29,676 nucleotides of DNA from Fonticula alba ATCC 38817 (taxonomy: Eukaryota; Protista; Nucleariida): NCBI GenBank assembly GCA_000388065.2, contig KB932202.1, one strand, 5' to 3'. The notes under the pieces are model-generated. The model made no database searches, had not been told where the DNA came from, and saw nothing but the letters and a program-made list of their open reading frames with translations. The position numbers and the translations under genes are program-made. Of this stretch, positions 1-11,059 are shown one piece after another. The stretch's first letter is position 1; each line of letters starts with the position of its first letter.

Positions 1-240
1 CCCCCCCCCCCCCCTGCTCGCCCTTCCAAGCGCCCCACTGAGAGAGGGTGGCACGGCGCTGGACCTGCTTTTCTTGCCTCCTAGTCACTAACACACACTG
101 AACTTTCTTGCCAAATGGCCGGACGTTAAAAAAAATCCCCAACAAAACAACCACCAACCACCCCTGCTCGCCCTCTGCGTCCTCCTTGCGTCTGGCGCTT
201 GTGGTTTTTGGCTTCCCGCCCGGATGCCTTCACGTGGTAG

Positions 241-531
241 ACTCCCTGGCAGACTCGGGCCTACTGCCATGCCCACCGGCAGCCGTCCCGCACCAGATGA
301 GCATCCACTCCTTGACAACCCAGCTACCGCAGGGGGCCTTCCAGAAGCCATTGCACTTGTCCCAAATGCCGCCACCGATGCAGGCGTTCCCTTCGCAGGG
401 CAGTCCTCATGCCCCTTTCCCCCCGGGCGTGCAGGCCCTCGCAGGAGGCTCTCAGCTCCAGCAGCAGACCCCCCTGCAGCACCTTTCTCGTCAGCAATCA
501 CATCAGCAGCAGACCATACATCACATGGTCC

Positions 532-566
<35 letters not shown>

Positions 567-887
567 GCCATGCACTCGGCCCAGTATGCCCGGCGTGCTG
601 ATGGCCAATTACCCGCCGCTGCTTTGGCCATTGTTGATGATAGCCAGAGGCATCTGTTGCTTCAGAGTATAATACGTGACCAGGCGCCAGCATCGGCCGG
701 GCTTTCCGGTCGGTCGTCCATGCCGTCCTCTGTGCTCGGGTCACCGACCGGTGGGCTGGATCCCGGGTCGAGGATGCATACATTTTTCCCCGGTGGTAAT
801 AACGCCGGCATTGCCATGCACTCGGCTCCAAATGGTCCGCAGCACGGCGGTAACGGGGCTGGCAACAGTCAGCACCACTCGCAATAA
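241..887 (+). CDS. Probable terminal exon of an unidentified Gln/His/Gly-rich low-complexity protein (5' part not resolved)
   Basis: The ORF 108-887 frame is open with a polyQ (CAG) tract and ends at TAA 885-887. The upstream part is intron-like (C-rich, CTAAC at 88-92). Candidate acceptors at AG 239-240 and AG 251-252 are in the same phase. No domain recognised. Confidence 0.5.
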
Positions 888-1561
888 CGCGGCCGTTCCC
901 CTGCTGGCCGCTCCTTTCGCATGCTGCCATGCCTTTCCTCCTCCTCGCTCCTTTGGCTCTGCCTTTGGCCCTCTCCCCCCCCTCTCTCTCTCTCCGGTGC
1001 TTGTGCCCCTCCCCTACTTTCATCTTCCTCTCTCTCCCTATCCCTCTCCCTTCCTGCCCGCGCACCCCCCCCCCTCGCTATCTTGTGCATCTAGACCGTC
1101 AATGCCTCTCCCCCCTCTCTCCTCCTGTTTCTCTTCTTTGTCTCCCTTTCTCTTCCTCTATCTCTCCCCCACCCCCCTCCCCTCCCCCCTCCCGCAAAGG
1201 GGGGGGGGAGGCAACCATCTGCCCTTCTTGATTCATCGGAAAGCCGCACCAAGCCCTCGGTGGGCAGGGTGGGCCCGTTGGCCTGTACTTACATACATGC
1301 GTGAAAGTGCGTCAATTATGGTCGTCTCTGGGAGCCCAAGCGAAATAGATGCCCCTTTCCAACTTTCATTTCTCCCCGGCCTCGACCTGAATCCACGGTG
1401 ACCAACCTATGGCGGGAGGAGGGGTGTTTCTTGTTCTTTCGCCTTTTTTTTTCTTCTTTTCGTGCTTTTGTGCCCGGTCGCTCTGAGCCATGTGCCGTGC
1501 ACATGGGTGGATGGGTGGTGGATGTGTGGGCAGAGAAACTTCCCCAAGGCGGCGAACAGTC

Positions 1562-4075
1562 TCAATCGGCAAAGTCCATGGCATACGTGGGGGCCGAAGC
1601 TTGGGTTGCCGAATGGGCGACAAAAGGCTGTGCCAGGAAACTGACAATCACCTCGCGAATGGAGTTGATGAGCTCACGTCGGCGCCGAGCCGCGGGGCTG
1701 TTATCGTCCGGGCCGCCACGGTCATTGACCAGGGCACGGAGAATTGCCGAGCGAACGCGGTAGATCGCAAACGAGGTGGATGCATCAAAGTCCGCCGGCT
1801 CCAGGAGGAACTCCACCGCCTGAGGCTGGTTGAGCTGTGTATGTGTGTGCGTGTGTGAGTGAGTGAGTGAGTGAGTGTGCGTGTGCGTGTGCGCGTGTGC
1901 GCGTGTGCGCGTGTGCGCGTGTGTTTGGAAGAGGCCTAGGAGCATGAGTGGGGCACGGGCGGGGAGCAATGGCAGTAAGGGGGGAGCCCCAGGAGGGCCT
2001 CGCGCACCAGACTCTCCACGCCCCAAGGCCAGTCAAGGGCCGCGGCCAGGACATGCAATGCCGCCAAACGAGCCTGGACACCGGTCTCGGCCTCATCACC
2101 CAGCGGGGGCCGGGCGTCCGGGCGATCGGAAGAAGCCACCGCCCCGGCCTTCGGGGCGATGGCCGCCACGCGAAGCAGGAACATCACCAAGTCACTGGGA
2201 GCCACCGCATCGGCCAGGCATGTCCAAAGGGCACGCCGGGGATCCGAGCTTTGGCTGGCCATCGGGCCGAGGGGCCGGTCGCCAGGCCGGGTGCCCGGGT
2301 CCCGGATCAGCATGGCCAGCAGTTCGAACACCTCCTCGCGGCTGATGTTCATCGAGGAAGGCCGGCCGCGCACCGGGGCTGCCATGGCCAAGGCCCCGAG
2401 CAAGGAGGCCAGACACTCCTGGAGGGAGGCTTCCCCGGCCGTGGCGGTCAGCAGGGTCTCCGGCGCGTGCCACCCGACCAGCGTCAGCCCCTGCAGGGCT
2501 GCGCTGATGACCGGTGCCGGGACCGGATGCCGGGGAGTCCCAGCAGGCAGGGCCCGGCCTTCGGCAAAGGCCACCGCTCCTTGAAGAGCCCTCGTGGCCG
2601 CTTGCAACACTTGCAGACCCAGTCGCAGGAAGTCCCCCCAGGTGGGGACCTCCGAGGCCTGGCCGTCAATCTCCATGTCGGACTCCGCATCCAGGGCCCG
2701 GGAGGCGAAGTCCTGCCACACAGGCACACTCAGCCCGGCCAGGCTGGCATACAGCTGCCCAATGCACTCCTCCACCATGGGACAGGCATCCAGCTCGCGG
2801 ATGGTGCCTTCCGGCAAACCGGCCGTCAGGACGGCCAGCTGACCGGGCCCGGGCTGCGGCCCATGCTGACTGCGTGCCAGGCAGAACCCCTGAAGCAGGC
2901 GCAGGGCCGACAGCAGGGCCGCGACGTAGCCTCGGCGCAGGAGAAAGGCGCTGGCTCGGCGGTGGCGCTCCGGCCAGGGGAGATACGGCGCGCTGGAGGC
3001 AGCCGCCGCACCCTGCCCCGGGGCTTCCTCCTGGTTGGAGCCCGGCAGCAGATCCGCGCACCACCGAAGGACACACAGGTACTCCAGCGGGTCGGCCATG
3101 AGCAGGGCCGGCGGAGCCAGGGCCGCGGGGGCGATGGCCTGCGGCGGCGGGCACAGACGGAGCCATGGGCTCGCGGTGCTGGGCTCCCGACCGGAGCTCT
3201 CCTCGAAAAGAGGCCCCCCGGCCGGCAGGCGCAAGAGCTCCGCGCAGATGTCATACACGCGGAAGCGCAAGGCATTGTCATCGGTGGTGCCGCAAGTCCT
3301 GGGCCGGGGCAGGGGGCCGAGGATGGACGGACGGACGGACGGAGGGGGGGGGGGGGGTGTGTGCGTGGCTGGCGGTCGTGTGCGACGAAGTGCCCCCTTG
3401 TGGGGGGAACGGACGACCTCATGTTAAAGGAAGGCATGTGCAGGTGATGCGGCAATGCTGCATGAGCACGACGGGCCAGGGCAGACACACAGCAGGGGGG
3501 GGGGGGGGGGGGGGAGGTATTGGGGGAGCCACGCACGCGACGACACGTTGCAGGACCTCAACCAGGGGGTCTAGTTCGGTTGGCAGCGCACAGGAGCCGA
3601 CCTCGGTCCCGGAACCAGCCGGGAGACCAGCCACACAGGCTAGGTCCACCATGCGCGGCAGGAGCTGGACCAAAGCATGGGGGATGGTCACTGTGGCGGT
3701 GATTTGGTCATTGTCAGGAGCCTGGCGCAGGGCGGCCTCGGCCGCACCGAGGAAGGAGCTGTGTGAGAGCTTTTGAGAGTCAGCCGGCCGGTCGTCCAGC
3801 AGGCCGCCCGGGAGGGTGTTAGTGCCAATGCGCTGGCCGGCCTACGCGGCCGATCACAGGGGAAGGAGGGGACGGAGGGGAAGGAGGGGGGAGCGGACAG
3901 GGGGAGGACACACCATGCGACGTGCGGCCGCCGCGGCCTCGATGGCATCCGGGGCCCGGGGGCCGTCAGTGTGGACCGCGGTGGATTCCTGCGTCACAGC
4001 GGACAGCAGTACGCGCAACGTCCGCAGCCGGACTTCCGGGTTGCCGTGCGTCGTCAGCAACGGCAGGAAGAGTTC
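1562..4075 (-). CDS. PSMD5: 26S proteasome base assembly chaperone S5b/PSMD5 (Hsm3-like) ARM/HEAT-repeat protein, 5' end unresolved
   Basis: Inferred exons 4075-3914, 3841-3537, 3298-2008 and 1834-1562 (2031 nt, frame-consistent, all GT-AG). DDNALRFRVYDICAEL resembles human TNDIVRYRVYELIIEI. AALHVLAAALDWPWGVESL|LNQPQAVEFLL resembles [30 protein letters not shown]. The C-terminal VSFLAQPF resembles TYLSEGPY. Human sequences are from memory. N-terminal exon(s) probably lie in or beyond the 4088-4661 gap. Confidence 0.75.
1836..1924. repeat. Compound microsatellite (GT)n/(GAGT)n/(GTGCGC)n in the last PSMD5-like intron
   Basis: Read directly. It is CA-rich on the transcribed strand and abuts the acceptor at 1835-1836. 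Confidence 0.9.
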
Positions 4076-4087
4076 CTGTGAGGGGGG

Positions 4088-4661
4088 NNNNNNNNNNNNN
4101 NNNNNNNNNNNNNNNNNNNNNNNNNNNNNNNNNNNNNNNNNNNNNNNNNNNNNNNNNNNNNNNNNNNNNNNNNNNNNNNNNNNNNNNNNNNNNNNNNNNN
4201 NNNNNNNNNNNNNNNNNNNNNNNNNNNNNNNNNNNNNNNNNNNNNNNNNNNNNNNNNNNNNNNNNNNNNNNNNNNNNNNNNNNNNNNNNNNNNNNNNNNN
4301 NNNNNNNNNNNNNNNNNNNNNNNNNNNNNNNNNNNNNNNNNNNNNNNNNNNNNNNNNNNNNNNNNNNNNNNNNNNNNNNNNNNNNNNNNNNNNNNNNNNN
4401 NNNNNNNNNNNNNNNNNNNNNNNNNNNNNNNNNNNNNNNNNNNNNNNNNNNNNNNNNNNNNNNNNNNNNNNNNNNNNNNNNNNNNNNNNNNNNNNNNNNN
4501 NNNNNNNNNNNNNNNNNNNNNNNNNNNNNNNNNNNNNNNNNNNNNNNNNNNNNNNNNNNNNNNNNNNNNNNNNNNNNNNNNNNNNNNNNNNNNNNNNNNN
4601 NNNNNNNNNNNNNNNNNNNNNNNNNNNNNNNNNNNNNNNNNNNNNNNNNNNNNNNNNNNNN
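4088..4661. other. Assembly gap (N run)
   Basis: N tract flanked by G runs. Confidence 1.
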
Positions 4662-5373
4662 GGGGGGCCAATTCGTGGTGACGAAAGAAAGACCGAAGAG
4701 CAGGCAGGCAGGGGGCAGAAGGGGAGGAGGAGGAGGAGGAGGTGCGCCCGAGATCAGTGCAAGAAGTGGCCAGGGCGAGGAAGGGCAACTGGGGAGGCTG
4801 TTGCCCGCCCGCGGCATGCCCAGGCCGCAAGGCTATCCCGCCTTTTGGGAGTGCGTGGATTGTGCGGCACTGCCCGATGGTCGCGGGGCCGATGGGGGGG
4901 GGGGGGGGGGTGGATACCGATCGGCCCACGGATGGGCCGCTGATCGTGCCGGCAAGGGGGCAAGGCCAGCCTTGCCACCCGCCCGCCCCTGCCTTGGTCC
5001 TTTCATCTAACCTGACGTGTGTAGGAGTGTGTGTCTGTGTGTGTTTTTGTGTGTACAGTGCGCTGTGTGCTGTGTGTGGAGGGGGGGGGGGGGGTGTGGC
5101 GTATGCTCCCCCTTGCCCAGGAACGGGGACATATCTCGCTAGATTGACCGCGGCCCCCGTTTTTCCCGCCGCCCACCACACTGTCCAGGGCGCTTCTGGA
5201 TCTCTCTCTCCCGGTCCCTATCTCCCGCTGGTTCTCGCGCGCTCGCTGTCTCCGTGTGTCTCGCCGTGCCGGCCTATCGCCCCCGCCCTCTTTTGCACGG
5301 GGGGCACACCCATACGCTGGACCGCACATGGCGAGATGTGAAACGCACTAGACGATCTTCCGGAAAATCCATG

Positions 5374-5380
5374 TTTTATA
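5374..5380 (+). promoter_or_regulatory. TATA-like AT-rich element about 30 nt upstream of the tRNA gene
   Basis: TTTTATA lies at -31 to -25 relative to mature tRNA nucleotide 1, within otherwise GC-rich DNA. Confidence 0.3.
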
Positions 5381-5404
5381 CCCTTGACAGGGTCCTCTTG
5401 GCGA

Positions 5405-5477
5405 GGGGGCGTAGCTCAAATGGTAGAGCGGCCGCTTAGCATGCGGCAGGCAGGGGGATCGATACCCTCCGCCTCCA
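5405..5477 (+). tRNA. tRNA-Ala(AGC): tRNA-Ala, anticodon AGC (IGC), intronless, CCA not encoded
   Basis: 73-nt cloverleaf. Acceptor stem GGGGGCG/CGCCTCC with the G3:U70 Ala identity pair. D-stem GCTC/GAGC. Anticodon stem GCCGC/GCGGC with loop TTAGCAT. T-stem GGGGG/CCCTC with the ATCGATA loop typical of eukaryotic cytosolic tRNA-Ala. Discriminator A73. Confidence 0.97.
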
Positions 5478-5480
5478 TAC

Positions 5481-5485
5481 TTTTT
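5481..5485 (+). terminator. RNA polymerase III terminator (T5)
   Basis: TTTTT starts 4 nt after the tRNA discriminator base. Confidence 0.8.
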
Positions 5486-6127
5486 CGCGCCGCCCATTCC
5501 CTGCCCCAACACAGACCATGCGTCGTATATGGGGCCCTCCCGTGTGCCCGGAGCCGCCTGTGGATTTCTTCTTTTGTCCCACCGCCCCTTGGCCTCACAC
5601 ACAGAGAGACAGCCGCGGAAAACGACAGGGCAACGGCCAGAAGAGAGCTGTATTTTTTGCCGCACGCGCACAGACGAACACAAGGCACACAGAGAGATGG
5701 TCGGAGGGGAGATGCCTGGCCGCCCCCCTCTCCCCGCCGTGCACTCCCTCTCATACCTCCGGTCACCAGCTGGGGGCTCTATCGTCCCAGATGGACCGAA
5801 GAAGAGGCAAGCCACGCGGAGATGCGGTGTGCATGTGTGTGTGTGTGTGTGTGCGCGCGCGCGCAGGGGGGCACATACGCGCACATCACGCCAGAGGGCG
5901 CAAGACCCAGGGCAGCACATGGAGAAAAAAGAGCGGGCAGGCAGACGGCGGGACGGGGGGGGGGGGGGGGGAGGGGCCGGGGGGGAAAAACACCGGGAGG
6001 GAAGGCACACAGACAAATGGGCCGCCGCCGGGTCGAGCGGCAGTCCCGCACGTCTTTCCCCCGCGCCCCGCCCCCTCTTGCCATACTCCCGGTCGCCAGG
6101 GCGCCCTCTTCGCTGCTCCCGCCCCTC

Positions 6128-8794
6128 TTAAGAGTGGTGGTGGTGGTGGTGGTGATGATGGTGGCCCGAGCCGGAAGAGCCGCCGCCGCCGCCGCCGCCG
6201 CCCGAAGACTTGGCGAAGCTGATGCGCATGAGGAGCTGCTCCGGCGAGCCGGCGCCCAGCCCGGCATCCGGGTCGTCATCGGCCGAGACCGCCGCCGTGG
6301 GCAGGCTGGTCCGGTGGAGGCAGGCCAGGGCCGAGACCGCCGCATCGAGGGACTCCAGGCGGACAATCCCCATGTTGGTGCGGGTTTCCGGCTTGCGCTT
6401 GAAGAGGTTCATCTCGACCACCATGCCGAAGCGGGAGAACTGGTCGGAGAGCTGGCGCTCGGTCACATCGATCGGCAGGTTGCTGATGTGCAGGCTGGCC
6501 GACGGGGCCGGCTTGATGGCATGCGACGGGTGCATCCGGCCCGACACCTTATTCGGCTGGTAGCGCTGGTACTGGGGCCCGGTGTAGACCTTGGTCAGCA
6601 TGGCCTCGGTCGGGTCCTGGTTGGGATTGTTCTCGGACGGCCGGTTGATGGACATGTGCTTGGAGTACATGATGCCCATGGGCGAGCCGAAGAGGCTGAC
6701 ACCGTTGAGCATCTGCAGGGCTGTGTACGGCGAGGCCGGCCCCCGCGGCAGCCGAGGCCCACCGCGGGCGCGTGGCGAAGGTGTGAGCATGGCAATCGGC
6801 ACAGGGTCAACATCATGCGCGGGAGAAGCGGAGGCGGGTGGGTTGGAAAGGAGGGCAAGCGGTCTTCACTGCACCCCACAGGGGGTGCCGCCGCCCACGA
6901 GCTGGTGGTGGTGGGGGGGGGGGAGGGGGAAAGACCCAAGACAGACACACAAGCGAGCACGCACCAAGCGTCGACTGATCCGGGCTGGCGAACTTCACCA
7001 GGGCCGTGCGGCGGCGGGAGAACATGATTTTCACGGTCTCCACCTCGCCATAAATGCTGAAGATGTTGAACAGATGGTCGCAAGTGACGCGCTCCTCATT
7101 CAGCCGGTTGACCACGAGCACCGGCGACACCGGGCCAAAGGCACCGGCACCCGGGCCGCCGGCACCCATCATGCCCCCGGGCCCGGCGCCATACATGCCG
7201 GCGCCGGAGCCCTGGCCACCGCCGGCCATCATGTGCCCGGACATGCCGCCATGATGGTGCCCCATGGCCGCGGCCACGGCCGCATGGTGGCCGCCCATGG
7301 CCCCGGCGTGGTGATCCCCGCCGTGGCCGGCGGCCCCGGCCCCGGGAGTCAGCATGTGGCCGCTGGCCGCCGCGGCCGCGGCCGCCGAATAGTTGGCCAG
7401 CATGGAGCACCAGGTGCGCTCGGTGATCTGGCGCACGGTCAGCTCCGGCAAGTGCGACAGCTGGACCTGAATCACGCCGGAATTGACGTAGAGGCACTGG
7501 TTCTGCAGCGACTCCATGGCAATGCTGGCGGCCGCCGGGTCAAAGTACTCCACCAGGGCCTTGTGATCGTCCGGGTTGCTGATGGGGCCGGTGGGGTTCT
7601 GCCGGCGCCGGTCGACCAAAATGGCCCGGCGAAGCTCCCCATGGTAGGAGAACACCCGGATGATGGTGTCCAGGAAGATGGGGTACTTGCAATTGGTGAT
7701 GGTGATGTGAAGCACGCGGCCCGGGGCGCCGGGGGTGCCGCCCACCGCCGGGGTCACGACCCCGGCACCGGAGGCGTCCATGCCACCACCGGGGCCACCG
7801 ACCCCGGCTCCGGGATACCCGCCAGCGCCGGCGGCCTGGCCATGCATGCCAGCAGCACCGGGATAGCCGGCCCCGGCCCCGGCCCCGGAATACCCGGCGT
7901 AGGCCCCGCCAGCGGCCCCCGGGCCGCCGGCTGCCTGGCCGTAGTAGCCGCCAGCCGCGCCGGCTGCCCCGTAGGCGCCAACCTGCCCGGCGAAGCCGCC
8001 CTGCATGGACATGCCACCACTGCCGGCCGAGGAGTGGCCACCGGCCCCCCCGGCAGAGGTCGACGTGGCCGAGCGCTGCTCATTCAGGTCATTGCGCGAG
8101 GAGTACTGGAAGTAGCAAAGTCGCCCCCGGACATAGGGCTTGTTGGTCTGGAAGTAGCTGATGACGCGCGTGGCGCTGGACACATCGGAGAACTGGATGA
8201 GTGCCTGGCACTTGTTCTTCATGACCATGATCTTGACCACCCGATCGGGGTAGGGGATGATCTCGTTGATTTCGATCTCGGTGACATCCTGCGGCAGGTT
8301 GCGCACGTGCAGCACCGCCGAGGGGGGGTGGCTGGTCCCCTCGAGCAGGCGCGGGCGCTTGGTGTTGGCCGCCTGGTATGCGCCAGCCGGGTCGGAGAGA
8401 TCCAGCGAGGCACCACCCGAGCCGGTGGACATGCCGCCGGCCGAGGCCGACGTCATGCCGGCCCCCGACGAGCCGTTGCCACTGGCCCCGTGGTCGTCGT
8501 GGCTGGTGTTGCGCTTGGTGCCGGTGCTGGTGCCGTGGGCCCCGCGGCGGGCGGGCTCCGCGGACTCATCCTGGTAGGGGCTGCGTGTGTGTGTGTGTGT
8601 GTGTATGTGTGAGCAAAGGGCAGGATGACTGGCGCCAGGTGGAGGGGGAAAGGGAGGAGGGACACATACCGCTTGGCACTGGAAGGGCCGTCGTTGGTGT
8701 CGGCGACGTCGGACGTCCGACGATCTGGCGGGTCAATCAGGGAGCTGGCATCGAAGGAATGGGCCGCCTGGGTGGAGGAGGCAGACTGCGTCAT
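6128..8794 (-). CDS. PTB: Polypyrimidine tract-binding protein / hnRNP L family, four RRMs, about 777 aa
   Basis: Exons 8794-8670, 8580-6965 and 6720-6128 (2334 nt = 778 codons including stop); donors GTATGT and GTGCGT. RRM1 PSAVLHVRNLPQDVTEIEI, RRM2 VLHITITNCKYPIFLD, RRM3 SPVLVVNRLNEERVTCDHLFNIFSIYGEV and RRM4 PSASLHISNLP...MRISFAKS all match the PTB-type atypical RRM pattern. Confidence 0.92.
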
Positions 8795-8931
8795 GTTAGT
8801 GGGAAGGGAGGGTCCGCCGGCCTACGCGGGAGGGGCAAGACGCGGGGGCATGGGCCGGAGGATGATATTGTGTGTGGGGAGCGGGGGGGGGAGAGGGGGG
8901 GGGGCAAGGAAAAGGATGAGGGGCTGTGAGT

Positions 8932-9159
8932 GGAAGAGGAAGGGAGAAAGAGAGAAAGAGAGAGAAAGAGGGAGAAAGAGGAAGAAAGAGGGAGAAAGAG
9001 AGAGAAAGAGGGAGAAAGAGAGAGAAAGAGGGAGAAAGAGAGAGAAAGAGGGAGAAAGAGAGAGAAAGAGGGAGAAAGAGGGAGAAAGAGAGAGAAAGAG
9101 GGAGAAAGAGAGAGAGAAAGAGGGAGAAAGAGGAAGAAAGAGAGAGAGAAGGAGAGAGG
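8932..9159. repeat. 228-nt pure purine tract made of about 20 copies of a 10-nt unit (A/G)GAGAAAGAG
   Basis: Read directly. Sixteen units are in exact 10-nt register from 8951 to 9110, and there is no pyrimidine between 8932 and 9159. Confidence 0.95.
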
Positions 9160-9727
9160 CGGATGGCAGGCGCGGATGGAAGAACAACATGCATACCGAG
9201 ACGGGCTGGGGATTGGGGCATCCCAAGGGAAGAAGGAAGGAGCAGGCAACAGAACGTGGCAGGGTTTGCGCATGGTGGCGGGGAGGTATGTGCGGGTGTG
9301 CGGGGAGGTGCGCAACAGGAGGCGCGCGCGGACAGGGAGAGGGGGAGAGGGGAGTGCGGGAGCGGTTGGGATAGGGAGCGATGATGATGGTGGTGGTGGT
9401 GGTGGGGAGGGAGGGGCGTTGCGGAGGAGCAAAGGGGAGGGGGGAGTCAGATGGGAGGGGGGGGAGGAGGAAGGGAGGGAGAGTGGCGGCGGCGGCGGTG
9501 AGTCCCCACGCGGATGTGATCGCGTGGGCAGAGAGGGGGAGAGATGCCGCGCCGGGTGGATTTGATAGGGGGGAACATACGGAGAGGGAGTCTAGGAAGG
9601 TGGAAGGAGGGGACAGCTGCGAGTGTCGGGACTGGTGGGGAGGGGGAGGGGGGAGCGTCGGAGAAGGGGGTGCCGGGGCCTCCTCCGGGGCTGTGGCCGG
9701 GGGCCTGGGCGAAAAATACCCCCCCCC

Positions 9728-9752
9728 NNNNNNNNNNNNNNNNNNNNNNNNN
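9728..9752. other. Assembly gap (N run)
   Basis: N tract following a C run. Confidence 1.
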
Positions 9753-10425
9753 CTTCCCCCCTCCTGCCACACAAAACATGCACACGGACGCCGACACCGT
9801 CATCCTGGGCCGACGCCGTGACATTCGTTCTTGGTCTCTCCGGCCCCCCGCCCCTGCGAGAAGAAGCCCCAGGGTGAGCGCGTTTTGGCCGCTGTTACTG
9901 CCACCAGGTGGTCTCGCGGAAAGAGAAGCGGCTCTCACCCCCTTCCGGCCCCCCCCCCCCGGGGGGGGGGAGCCAGGGTATTGGGGGACCAACGGCTGGC
10001 CCGGGGAGACCTGAGGGGGCTGGATGCCTCGAATACGGGGAAGGGGGGTGTGCATGGCCCGAAGAAAAAAACGTCCTCCCCCGTTCACTTGGAACCGATG
10101 CTGGGGCGTGGGGGGGGGGGGGGGGGGGGGGGCGGGGACGCCGTTCGCCGGTCCGGTGCGGTGGGCCGCGGCTGTGAGGCGGGCGCCGGGGGGGCGGGGG
10201 GCGCCAGGAGTTGTGCAGCCACCAACCCGCGCCCGGCCGCCGGCGCGGCCAGAGGGGGGTGACTGGAGTTCAGACGGGGGGGGGGGGGGGGGGGGGGCGT
10301 GCCTATCCCTGGCACACCCCGAAGGCCGACCACTTGGTCCGGCCGGCGACATGCCCCTCTCCCTTAGCCATCCTCCGGACAGTGTGCAGAATACCGCGGG
10401 CGAGAGTCAGGAGAGAGCGGGCGCC

Positions 10426-10457
<32 letters not shown>

Positions 10458-10885
10458 AGACATAAGGCAAATAGCAAGAGACACGGAGAGACCCGGGGCG
10501 GGCTGGGGAAAGGGGGCGAGGGGGGGGGGAACACGGTGACGGACAAGGCGCCCCGCCCCCGCCCCCCCTCACGACGACGGCATCCACACACACAGCACGA
10601 ATTTTCTCCACACTCTGACCAGGCAGCCTGGCCCGGCGCGTCCGGCGCCGCGCAGACATGAGCCGGCGAAATTCCGCGTGCTTGTCGCGCGTGATCATGC
10701 CCCGGTCACGGGCACAACCATATTTAGGCTCCCTGGCCGATCGCACTTGTCTGGATGAGCTTAGTGCCCTCCTTCCCCCCTCCCGCCGCCCCCTCCCACA
10801 CAGCACCACCTCGTTCCGCCAGCCGATCCGCCCCTTCCCCAGCTGTGCCTGTCGCGTCTTCACTTGACGACCCCGAGAATATCCC

Positions 10886-11011
10886 ATGAAGATCACTGTC
10901 CTTGGTGGGTTCTCCTCCCTCCTCCAGTATTGCCCCTCGCCCCTGGCATCCATCCCCCCCTCCCCCCCTCCACTCCTGCTGCCTCCCATACTGATCTCAC
11001 TGCGATTGAAT

Positions 11012-11059
<48 letters not shown>

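Noticed and set aside
1398-1763. Plus-strand 121-aa ORF
   Set aside because: It is the antisense shadow of the PSMD5-like last exon and 3' UTR.
3816-5181. Long ORFs spanning N runs (also 17658-18546, 20130-21834 and 21717-23461)
   Set aside because: Artefacts of translating gaps as X without stop codons.
6591-8612. 673-aa plus-strand ORF and other long antisense ORFs over the PTB, PSMD5-like, FYVE and TBC exons
   Set aside because: Expected stop-poor shadows of GC-rich coding sequence, with no recognisable motifs.
8625-9565. Arg/Glu/Lys-rich and Ser/Leu/Phe-rich ORFs on both strands
   Set aside because: These are translations of the stop-free purine decamer repeat, with no domain or splice support.
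10590-10700. Minus-strand peptide MITRDKHAEFRRL resembling a syntaxin N-peptide
   Set aside because: No Habc, SNARE or transmembrane exons could be found downstream before the PTB gene; probably a chance match in the divergent promoter region.
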